Positions 26,501 to 37,116 of a stretch of DNA of 64,000 nucleotides are shown here, piece by piece (position 1 is the first letter of the stretch; each line of letters opens with the position of its first letter). A program made the translations under genes and the position numbers. The notes below the pieces were generated by a model. It saw only the letters and a list, made by a program, of their open reading frames with translations. It did not search any database and was not told where the DNA came from. The stretch lies in the NCBI GenBank assembly GCA_951406725.2, contig OX597822.1, positions 94,178,001-94,242,000 on the forward strand, read 5' to 3'. The DNA is from Octopus vulgaris. Taxonomy: Eukaryota.

Positions 26501-27737
26501 ACACTTTTAAACTTCGTATACTGGTAGAATGTGTTTATAAAACATCATTTTTTCTTGGCTTTATTGAGAAAATTCTATAGTTTGTAACATATTTCCACTT
26601 TAAAATCGAGCATTTCGGCAATTTTAACCAATCAAATACGTCCATTTGGAGTGAAAACATTGTGTGCCGTATGAATATGCCCCTCGTTTAAGAAACAGAT
26701 TGGGTTTATTTACATTTGCGAAGAAAAAAAAAGATTCCCCTTCCCCCACCCCTAGCCCTAAAATAAATTGAAATGCAATAGATCGATACTAGGGTTATAA
26801 TTATGGGTGACAATTTCATACGACACCGCTACAGAAAATGGGATTCTTTTCTAGCGGTGTCAAATGAAAATGTCACCCATAATTATAGAAACTATGTAAG
26901 TTGAGATATACCTGTATAATGTTAGTTTTTAAAAATGGCAATAAGCTTTGCTACACTACCACACAAGGCCGGCCCAAGGAAGTGTGGGGCCCAGTTAGAG
27001 AATTATCAGGTGTTTGTGTGTGTGTGTGTGTGGCGGGGGGCTCTACAAAAGCTGAAGATTTATGCTTTATGCTTCGTGTAGTATGTCAGTCCCAGCCAAA
27101 AAGCTTTGAGGGCTTGAGGCTCAACCATTAGCCACAGTGTTATACTAAAAATTCATCATAGCATCCTCTGTTCAAGTGTGTGCACAGGGCCCAATTTAAA
27201 CAAATCTGTCTAACTAGTTTAAAACCTGTCCTGTCTCCACATACAGATGATCTGGCTTGGTAAAGCTTTTGTTGTGCTGTTAAGGATCCATTTGTTGTCC
27301 TTACTTTATACTGCACTATGCCAAAGACACATCCAATCAATTATTATGGAGCAACCTGTAACCTCAATAACCTGAAGTTGCTTTTACATATTTGATTATT
27401 CTCTGCTTGTACATTATTGGTATAGTAGTTGGATTTGACTCCACGTTTGGCCACATGGAAATCATGAGTTGATCCTTTATGCAAACCTCATTTCAGTCCA
27501 ATCAACGCTTTTTGTTCACATAATAGTCTGGCTGCATGACTAGGACTTTTTGTGAACAGAGCCTACAAACACAGCTCATTTTAGCACAAAAAGGGCAGAG
27601 TGAATTTGATAGAGTTCTCTCTCAACTTGTATCCGTTATCACAGTAACATATTTAACCTGGTGCAATAGATGAAAAAATAAACCGTGGCAACAAAATATG
27701 TAATGATGTTAAAAAATTAGCCTAAATGTTAAATTTC

Positions 27738-27738
<1 letters not shown>

Positions 27739-27778
<40 letters not shown>

Positions 27779-28380
27779 AATTATTGTATACAGTGCTCAG
27801 GTGCACCACAACTTGTCAAAAGTGCATATAAAGTATATGCAGTAATGTACAAATGTCTGGAAAGTGAACAGTGTAGGAGTCAGATACATGCTTGTGTGTG
27901 TATGGAGGGGAGAAAATCAGGTGTAGTGTTGGCAAATCTCAGGAAGCATGGAAGTTTTGAAGGATGCAGTGCTCCGACAACTAACAACTGATGCCGGCAG
28001 TTTGTTCTATGCTTCAGCAATTCTTAGCGTGAAAAAATGTTTCTGAAAGTCATGGGAGCTGTGCTGTTTTCTGACTTTGTAAACATGTCCATAGGTGTTT
28101 GACAGGTGGAGTTTGAAAAGGTGCTCAGAGTTATTGTTAATAATTTTATGGGTGTCTGCCAAGTCAGCTGCCAGACGTTGGAGTTCCAATGTATCCATGC
28201 CCAGGGAAGTAATGCATTCAGAATATGGTAAATGCCTGATGGAGGGTATTCTCTTGGTTGCACGTCACTGAACGGTTTCCAAATGATTAATATCCTGGTC
28301 AAGATAGGGGTTCCAGACCGGTGATGCAAATTCCAAGTGAGGTTGCACCATAGCTATATAAAATCTCAGATAGATAGCCG
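27739..28380 (-). mobile_element. CR1-clade LINE 3' fragment with (TAA)n tail
   Basis: MDTLELQRLAADLADTHKII...TYGHVYKV...KHFFTLRI; near-identical family copy at 50644-51168. Confidence 0.85.
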
Positions 28381-29149
28381 GAGAGTGGCTCCTGTACTGG
28401 TAATACACATCGCTTCATATAAAATTTACTCTTCTCATATTGTATGAACACCTTCCGTATTAACGTAGCAATAGGTAACGTATATAGACTTACAACAAAC
28501 TTTTCTTCACGATCATGCTACATTGGTCTGTGTATCAAAGTAGTTTACTGAGGTGTGGTTACTATTGTAACAAAATAGACAATGGTGGCTACTCTTTTAA
28601 TGAAAAAGTGGGTAAGCAAGAATGAAGGAGAGAAAACTAGATGAAATTTGGAATATGGAAATGGGCCATTGAGAGTTCATGTCACACCTAAATGTAGATT
28701 CCTTAGCTCTTGTCATCCATTTATTATTATCTCAATAACTTCATCCATGAAATCATTTTCCAATTCCCTCTTTTTTTTTTTATACCCTATAATGTGTTCT
28801 TGGTTTTCTTACATTTTCTACAATGTGTAAAAGCAAAAGCTCAATGTCTTACCTAAGACACCTCATGGCACATCATCCAAGACCATTTATTCTTCAGAGA
28901 TATCTATGTTTACCCCATGCTTGACATATACTGTGAGGACATTTTCTAAATACATATGTGTGATCCACTATAAATATATATACATACTAGCATTATGACC
29001 TGTTGTTGCCGGGTCATAGTGCTAGTGCATGTATATATGTGTATATATATGTGTACATATTACATGTACATCTATATATATACATCTACACATAAAATAC
29101 AAAATACAAAGTTATATCTTGATATCGCTAGTGATAACAATACTCAAAA

Positions 29150-29471
29150 TATATTACAGACTGGAATTGTAAGCCCATCTCTTGCAATTTCGATCAATTG
29201 CATCTTGTCCTCCCTCTTGTATAGAAGTGTGGCTACAATCCAGCCTACCTCTACTTCTGGGGGGACATTTAAAATTTTTTTCCGGGACGTTCTACATCCC
29301 AGTTATAAAGGTGAAAATAAAATATTTCCACTTTGCAAGTTCGAGTCGAGTACTCCCTTGCACGCTCCGTTGACTCGAACCTTGCTTCTATTGTGGCGAA
29401 TTTACCACCTCTGGTTAGATATCTTTCATAGTCGCACCAAGACACTTTTCAATGGTGCTTTCCTCCAGGTG
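29150..29471 (-). pseudogene. Decayed, diverged ORF1 paralog (host of the array), 3' part; the 5' part resumes at ~36574-36635
   Basis: Minus-strand translation across frameshifts HLEESTIEKCLGATMKD / RYLTRGGKFATIEARFESTERAREYSTR / KILNVPPEVEVGWIVATLL aligns with array ORF1 VEIAEIEKCLGDIMD / TYVSRGKKFGTVEVRCATEEIAASLATT / KIPNIPPEVKTEWLATAIL; right flank EKTIVYKVYNVEKK aligns with ENKTVTYRTQDKSTKK. Confidence 0.8.
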
Positions 29472-29713
29472 ATTTTATTACTACCCACAAGGGGCGAACA
29501 TAGAGGGGACAATACAATCGGGGAACTTAAAATAAGAAAGCGAAATGACAAGAAGGGAAAAACTAAAAATAAAAATGACAAATGAAAGAATATTTACAAT
29601 GAGATGCAAATGCCCACTCGATCCCCGGAATCGAGAGGTTACATTTTCGTCACATATAGTTCACAATTTTTTTTTTCTTTTTTCTCTTCTTTCTTCTCTC
29701 TCCTCTCACAATC

Positions 29714-31112
29714 TCACACGTATTCCATAATACTTTTCAAGTCTCTAAAGTCAATCACTGAGCCCTCAGGCAGCCGCTCTTTCACTCGAACACCCGTGTA
29801 AAAAATTACACTCTCTCCAGCTGCTCTGAGGAACTCAGCGACTCTTTCTTCGGGGATCAGAGCAGTCTCCTGCCACTGATCAGTCATCCTGTTGACCCAC
29901 ACATGTCCCTCCATACTACATGTCAATTCCTTCATTTCGGGGCTGAAATGGAAGGTTATTAACTTGTAGTAATCTTGTTTCCGTCCTACGTTTTCTCTCG
30001 TTTTTCTTTTCGGGCTTACTTCTTCCTTGTTCTCCTCTCTTTGTTTCTCTCTTTCTCTCTTTTTGCCTTCTTTTCTTTCTTCTTCCTTCTCTTGTCTTTT
30101 TGGTTCTTTGTCTGTTCTCTCTTTCTCTCGTGTTTTATGTTCCTTTTCTTTTTCTTTTGTGTGCCGTCTTTTCTTTTCGTTTGATTCTGATCTCTCTCTT
30201 GTTTTTTTCCTGTTGTTTCTTTTTCCTTTTTCTTTTCCTGACTCTGTTTTGGTTCTATTTCTTTCTTTTCTTTTATTTCTTTTTCCTTCGTTGACTTATT
30301 ATTTCCTTTCTCTTGTTGTTTTGTCTCCTTTTCTATGTTTTCTTTTTCATTTACCGTATTCTTCTTTCCTTCAATTTCCTTCTCATACTCCGCCATGAAT
30401 TCATATAACGGGCACTCTTTTTTAATGTGCCCCCTTGTCCCGCACAAGTAGCAGTTTGGCTTTCTTCCCTCTACAATTACACTGAGGGTTTTCTCGTCTT
30501 CGATTTCTATTCTATAGGGGAACCTTTCAATGTCCTCTTTTGTGGCCATCAAACACAGTTCTACCCCATATCCTTTCCAATTTACTGCATTGGACTCCTT
30601 AAAGGATTCCACCTCCACTTCCTCTTCTGCTGCTCCTAGAATAGCTGTTGCCAGCCATTCTGTTTTTACTTCTGGGGGTATATTCGGGATTTTAACCCGG
30701 ACCCCTCTTCTTCCCTTGTATGAGGGCCACATTATAAATGATTCCGCTCTTAGAACAGTGGTAGCCAGTGAGGCTGCAATTTCTTCCGTTGCACATCTCA
30801 CCTCTACCGTACCAAATTTTTTCCCTCTACTCACGTAGGTCGATTTATCCATTATGTCTCCCAGACATTTTTCGATCTCTGCTATCTCCACTCTTGCCAG
30901 TTTCTTTGTACTTTTGTCCTGGGTTCTATACGTTACAGTTTTGTTTTCCTTGTCCTCCTTTGCTTTCGCGGGGGGATTAGCTTCACGCTATCACCCTCCC
31001 TTTTGAATAGCTTTTCATATTCTTTGATTTTGCTTTTCTCAAAGAAAACATCCTTCACGATTATTGCTGAATCATTATTATTCTTTCCCGTGACCCCCGC
31101 GTAAGTCGCCAT
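29714..31112 (-). CDS. ORF1-like RRM/CCHC zinc-knuckle protein, unit 1 (one-T frameshift ~30155; G6 shift 30970-30975)
   Basis: CYLCGTRGHIKKEC knuckle; ORF pieces 30016-30891 and 29714-29935 join if one T is restored; upstream ATG at 31112. Confidence 0.7.
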
Positions 31113-31492
31113 GACTAGAGGGTCAATTCACCTTCTTCTGAAGGTTTCCAAACGTGGAGGCAAACGCCTCGCGCGATATTAATCACTTTACACAACAAAA
31201 TTTCACTGTCTAATCACAGATAACAACACGCAAATAGATTTCCTCCAGGTGATTTTATTACTACCCACAAGGGGCGAACATAGAGGGGACAATACAATCG
31301 GGGAACTTAAAATAAGAAAGCGAAATGACAAGAAGGGAAAAAATAAAAATAAAAATGACAAATGAAAGAATATTTACAATGAGATGCAAATGCCCACTCG
31401 ATCCCCGGAATCGAGAGGTTACATTTTCGTCACATATAGTTCACAATTTTTTTCTCTTTTTTCTCTTCTTTCTTCTCTCTCCTCTCACAATC

Positions 31493-32892
31493 TCACACGT
31501 ATTCCATAATACTTTTCAAGTCTCTAAAGTCAATCACTGAGCCCTCAGGCAGCCGCTCTTTCACTCGAACACCCGTGTAAAAAATTACACTCTCTCCAGC
31601 TGCTCTGAGGAACTCAGCGACTCTTTCTTCGGGGATCAGAGCAGTCTCCTGCCACTGATCAGTCATCCTGTTGACCCACACATGTCCCTCCATACTACAT
31701 GTCAATTCCTTCATTTCGGGGCTGAAATGGAAGGTTATTAACTTGTAGTAATCTTGTTTCCGTCCTACGTTTTCTCTCGTTTTTCTTTTCGGGCTTACTT
31801 CTTCCTTGTTCTCCTCTCTTTGTTTCTCTCTTTCTCTCTTTTTGCCTTCTTTTCTTTCTTCTTCCTTCTCTTGTCTTTTTGGTTCTTTGTCTGTTCTCTC
31901 TTTCTCTCGTGTTTTATGTTCCTTTTCTTTTTCTTTTTGTGTGCCGTCTTTTCTTTTCGTTTGGTTCTGTTCTCTCTCTTGTTTTTTTCCTGTTGTTTCT
32001 TTTTCCTTTTTCTTTTCCTGACTCTGTTTTGGTTCTATTTCTTTCTTTTCTTTTATTTCTTTTTCCTTCGTTGACTTATTATTTCCTTTCTCTTGTTGTT
32101 TTGTCTCCTTTTCTATGTTTTCTTTTTCATTTACCGTATTCTTCTTTTCTTCATTTTCCTTCTCATACTCCGCCATGAATTCATATAACGGGCACTCTTT
32201 TTTAATGTGCCCCCTTGTCCCGCACAAGTAGCAGTTTGGCTTTCTTCCCTCTACAATTACACTGAGGGTTTTCTCGTCTTCGATTTCTATTCTATAGGGG
32301 AACCTTTCAATGTCCTCTTTTGTGGCCATCAAACACAGTTCTACCCCATATCCTCTCCAATTTACTGCATTGGACTCCTTAAAGGATTCCACCTCCACTT
32401 CCTCTTCTGCTGCTCCTAGAATAGCTGTTGCCAGCCATTCTGTTTTTACTTCTGGGGGTATATTCGGGATTTTAACCCGGACCCCTCTTCTTCCCTTGTA
32501 TGAGGGCCACATTATAAATGATTCCGCTCTTAGAACAGTGGTAGCCAGTGAGGCTGCAATTTCTTCCGTTGCACATCTCACCTCCACCGTACCAAATTTT
32601 TTTCCTCTACTCACGTAGGTCGATTTATCCATTATGTCTCCCAGACATTTTTCGATCTCTGCTATCTCCACTCTTGCCAGTTTCTTTGTACTTTTGTCCT
32701 GGGTTCTATACGTTACAGTTTTGTTTTCCTTGTCCTCCTTTGCTTTCGCGGGGGGATTAGCTTCACGCTATCACCCTCCCTTTTGAATAGCTTTTCATAT
32801 TCTTTGATTTTACTTTTCTCAAAGAAAACATCCTTCACGATTATTGCCGAATCATTATTATTCTTTCCCGTGACCCCCGCGTAAGTCGCCAT
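31493..32892 (-). CDS. ORF1-like (Tx1/L1 gag-like, ZCCHC3-like) nucleic-acid-binding protein, unit 2
   Basis: 392-aa open frame 31493-32671 (GTG start in the track): RRM-like region (VKIPNIPPEV; FPYRIEI...VIVEG), CX2CX4HX4C knuckle, Lys/Glu-rich linker, ~85-aa C-terminal domain; likely true ATG at 32892 (gtcATGG) lies one base out of frame at the G6 run 32750-32755. Confidence 0.8.
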
Positions 32893-33274
32893 GACTAGAG
32901 GGTCAATTCACCTTCTTCTGAAGGTTTCCAAACGTGGAGGCAAACGCCTCGCGCGATATTAATCACTTTACACAACAAAATTTCACTGTCTAATCACAGA
33001 TAACAACACGCAAATAGATTTCGGACAGGTGATTTTATTACTACCCACAAGGGGCGAACATAGAGGGGACAATACAATCGGGGAACTTAAAATAAGAAAG
33101 CGAAATGACAAGAAGGGAAAAAATAAAAATAAAAATGACAAATGAAAGAATATTTACAATGAGATGCAAATGCCCACTCGATCCCCGGAATCGAGAGGTT
33201 ACATTTTCGTCACATATAGTTCACAATTTTTTTTTTTCTTTTTTCTCTTCTTTCTTCTCTCTCCTCTCACAATC

Positions 33275-34659
33275 TCACACGTATTCCATAATACTTTTCA
33301 AGTCTCTAAAGTCAATCACTGAGCCCTCAGGCAGCCGCTCTTTCACTCGAACACCCGTGTAAAAAATTACACTCTCTCCAGCTGCTCTGAGGAACTCAGC
33401 GACTCTTTCTTCGGGGATCAGAGCAGTCTCCTGCCACTGATCAGTCATCCTGTTGACCCACACATGTCCCTCCATACTACATGTCAATTCCTTCATTTCG
33501 GGGCTGAAATGGAAGGTTATTAACTTGTAGTAATCTTGTTTCCGTCCTACGTTTTCTCTCGTTTTTCTTTTCGGGCTTACTTCTTCCTTGTTCTCCTCTC
33601 TTTGTTTCTCTCTTTCTCTCTTTTTGCCTTCTTTTCTTTCTTCTTCCTTCTCTTGTCTTTTTGGTTCTTTCTCTCGTGTTTTATGTTCCTTTTCTTTTTC
33701 TTTTTGTGTGCCGTCTTTTCTTTTCGTTTGGTTCTGTTCTCTCTCTTGTTTTTTTCCTGTTGTTTCTTTTTCCTTTTTCTTTTCCTGACTCTGTTTTGGT
33801 TCTATTTCTTTCTTTTCTTTTATTTCTTTTTCCTTCGTTGACTTATTATTTCCTTTCTCTTGTTGTTTTGTCTCCTTTTCTATGTTTTCTTTTTCATTTA
33901 CCGTATTCTTCTTTTCTTCAGTTTCCTTCTCATACTCCGCCATGAATTCATATAACGGGCACTCTTTTTTAATGTGCCCCCTTGTCCCGCACAAGTAGCA
34001 GTTTGGCTTTCTTCCCTCTACAATTACACTGAGGGTTTTCTCGTCTTCGATTTCTATTCTATATGGGAACCTTTCAATGTCCTCTTTTGTGGCCATCAAA
34101 CACAGTTCTACCCCATATCCTCTCCAATTTACTGCATTGGACTCCTTAAAGGATTCCACCTCCACTTCCTCTTCTGCTGCTCCTAGAATAGCTGTTGCCA
34201 GCCATTCTGTTTTTACTTCTGGGGGTATATTCGGGATTTTAACCCGGACCCCTCTTCTTCCCTTGTATGAGGGCCACATTATAAATGATTCCGCTCTTAG
34301 AACAGTGGTAGCCAGTGAGGCTGCAATTTCTTCCGTTGCACATCTCACCTCCACCGTACCAAATTTTTTTCCTCTACTCACGTAGGTCGATTTATCCATT
34401 ATGTCTCCCAGACATTTTTCGATCTCTGCTATCTCCACTCTTGCCAGTTTCTTTGTACTTTTGTCCTGGGTTCTATACGTTACAGTTTTGTTTTCCTTGT
34501 CCTCCTTTGCTTTCGCGGGGGGATTAGCTTCACGCTATCACCCTCCCTTTTGAATAGCTTTTCATATTCTTTGATTTTACTTTTCTCAAAGAAAACATCC
34601 TTCACGATTATTGCCGAATCATTATTATTCTTTCCCGTGACCCCCGCGTAAGTCGCCAT
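33275..34659 (-). CDS. ORF1-like protein, unit 3 (in-frame 15-bp deletion in the K/E linker)
   Basis: 387-aa open frame 33275-34438; upstream ATG at 34659; G6 run 34517-34522. Confidence 0.8.
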
Positions 34660-35040
34660 GACTAGAGGGTCAATTCACCTTCTTCTGAAGGTTTCCAAAC
34701 GTGGAGGCAAATGCCTCGCGCGATATTAATCACTTTACACAACAAAATTTCAACGTCTAATCACAGATAACAACACGCAAATAGATTTCCGACACGTGAT
34801 TTTATTACTACCCACAAGGGGCGAACATAGAGGGGACAATACAATCGGGGAACTTAAAATAAGAAAGCGAAATGACAAGAAGGGAAAAAATAAAAATAAA
34901 AATGACAAATGAAAGAATATTTACAATGAGATGCAAATGCCCACTCGATCCCCGGAATCGAGAGGTTACATTTTCGTCACATATAGTTCACAATTTTTTT
35001 CCTCTTTTTTCTCTTCTTTCTTCTCTCTCCTCTCACAATC

Positions 35041-36439
35041 TCACACGTATTCCATAATACTTTTCAAGTCTCTAAAGTCAATCACTGAGCCCTCAGGCAG
35101 CCGCTCTTTCACTCGAACACCCGTGTAAAAAATTACACTCTCTCCAGCTGCTCTGAGGAACTCAGCGACTCTTTCTTCGGGGATCAGAGCAGTCTCCTGC
35201 CACTGATCAGTCATCCTGTTGACCCACACATGTCCCTCCATACTACATGTCAATTCCTTCATTTCGGGGCTGAAATGGAAGGTTATTAACTTGTAGTAAT
35301 CTTGTTTCCGTCCTACGTTTTCTCTCGTTTTTCTTTTCGGGCTTACTTCTTCCTTGTTCTCCTCTCTTTGTTTCTCTCTTTCTCTCTTTTTGCCTTCTTT
35401 TCTTTCTTCTTCCTTCTCTTGTCTTTTTGGTTCTTTGTCTGTTCTCTCTTTCTCTCGTGTTTTATGTTCCTTTTCTTTTTCTTTTTGTGTGCCGTCTTTT
35501 CTTTCGTTTGGTTCTGTTCTCTCTCTTGTTTTTTTCCTGTTGTTTCTTTTTCCTTTTTCTTTTCCTGACTCTGTTTTGGTTCTATTTCTTTCTTTTCTTT
35601 TATTTCTTTTTCCTTCGTTGACTTATTATTTCCTTTCTCTTGTTGTTTTGTCTCCTTTTCTATGTTTTCTTTTTCATTTACCGTATTCTTCTTTTCTTCA
35701 TTTTCCTTCTCATACTCCGCCATGAATTCATATAACGGGCACTCTTTTTTAATGTGCCCCCTTGTCCCGCACAAGTAGCAGTTTGGCTTTCTTCCCTCTA
35801 CAATTACACTGAGGGTTTTCTCGTCTTCGATTTCTATTCTATAGGGGAACCTTTCAATGTCCTCTTTTGTGGCCATCAAACACAGTTCTACCCCATATCC
35901 TCTCCAATTTACTGCATTGGACTCCTTAAAGGATTCCACCTCCACTTCCTCTTCTGCTGCTCCTAGAATAGCTGTTGCCAGCCATTCTGTTTTTACTTCT
36001 GGGGGTATATTCGGGATTTTAACCCGGACCCCTCTTCTTCCCTTGTATGAGGGCCACATTATAAATGATTCCGCTCTTAGAACAGTGGTAGCCAGTGAGG
36101 CTGCAATTTCTTCCGTTGCACATCTCACCTCCACCGTACCAAATTTTTTTCCTCTACTCACGTAGGTCGATTTATCCATTATGTCTCCCAGACATTTTTC
36201 GATCTCTGCTATCTCCACTCTTGCCAGTTTCTTTGTACTTTTGTCCTGGGTTCTATACGTTACAGTTTTGTTTTCCTTGTCCTCCTTTGCTTTCGCGGGG
36301 GGATTAGCTTCACGCTATCACCCTCCCTTTTGAATAGCTTTTCATATTCTTTGATTTTACTTTTCTCAAAGAAAACATCCTTCACGATTATTGCCGAATC
36401 ATTATTATTCTTTCCCGTGACCCCCGCGTAAGTCGCCAT
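35041..36439 (-). CDS. ORF1-like protein, unit 4 (one-T frameshift ~35502)
   Basis: ORF pieces 35343-36218 and 35041-35262; upstream ATG at 36439; G6 run 36297-36302. Confidence 0.7.
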
Positions 36440-36879
36440 GACTAGAGGGTCAATTCACCTTCTTCTGAAGGTTTCCAAACGTGGAGGCAAACGCCTCGCG
36501 CGATATTAATCACTTTACACAACAAAATTTCAACGTCTAATCACAGATAACAACACGTATAGCTTGGAGCCATGTGTTCAAATCTTCTTTTTTCTCTACA
36601 TTGTATACTTTATAGACAATAGTCTTTTCTTTAATTTAATTTTTTATTATCCATCTGGACTATTCCATTTCTGCACGCTAATTTTATTTTTAATTTATTC
36701 CCATTCATGTAAAACCACTTATCCAAGTTCAAGTCATTGATGCAATTTTATACCAATTGCTATTTTTACTTTTGTTATGTTACGATTATATTATACTTTA
36801 GTTTGATTTTAATTATTACTTACTACATATAATTCAATTGTTATTATTATTTTTATTGTTAAAGTGAAAGTATCTGACG

Positions 36880-37116
36880 TAAAATAGAGAAATGTTTTTG
36901 TTTCACTTTTAAAATGTAATACTGAAATAGTGGAGAAGATATGATATTGCTATGGGCTCGCCCTAGCAAGAAGTTGAACATTTTTTTGCCCATGAAACTA
37001 CATGGAGTCTAAGTAAGGCATGTGTAAAATTTGAATGAAATTGGTTGTGTAGTTCTCAAGTTTTAGGGAAACACACAGACAGACAGATACACATTCTCAG
37101 TTTTATATATATAGAG
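36880..37116 (+). mobile_element. Possible Helitron/Helentron-derived non-autonomous element; similar piece ~25320-25630
   Basis: ...aaatttgaatgaaattggttgtgtagttctc...acacacagacagacag...ttttatatatataga, resembling DINE/HINE-type ends. Confidence 0.4.

Larger units (their letters stand above)
29472..36557 (-). mobile_element. Head-to-tail array of four ~1.78 kb ORF1-only non-autonomous non-LTR retroelements (units ~29472-31238, 31252-33018, 33032-34785, 34799-36557)
   Basis: Periods 1780/1780/1767 bp; units nearly identical; each has a 5' UTR, ORF1, T-rich 3' UTR and terminal ...gccccttgtgggtagtAATAAAat; no RT or endonuclease ORF. Confidence 0.9.

Noticed and set aside
28995-29585. 196-aa plus-strand ORF
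   Set aside because: Runs through microsatellite, the antisense of the decayed ORF1 paralog and the element 3' UTR; no coherent protein signal
29975-36307. Plus-strand Phe/Leu/Ser-rich ORFs within the array
   Set aside because: Antisense shadows of the purine-rich K/E linker of ORF1
29459-36573. LTR retrotransposon/retroviral gag, or a tandem host ZCCHC gene cluster
   Set aside because: No LTRs, PBS/PPT, protease, RT or integrase; intronless units with a SINE-shared LINE-type 3' tail and TSD-like junctions fit a non-LTR derivative better
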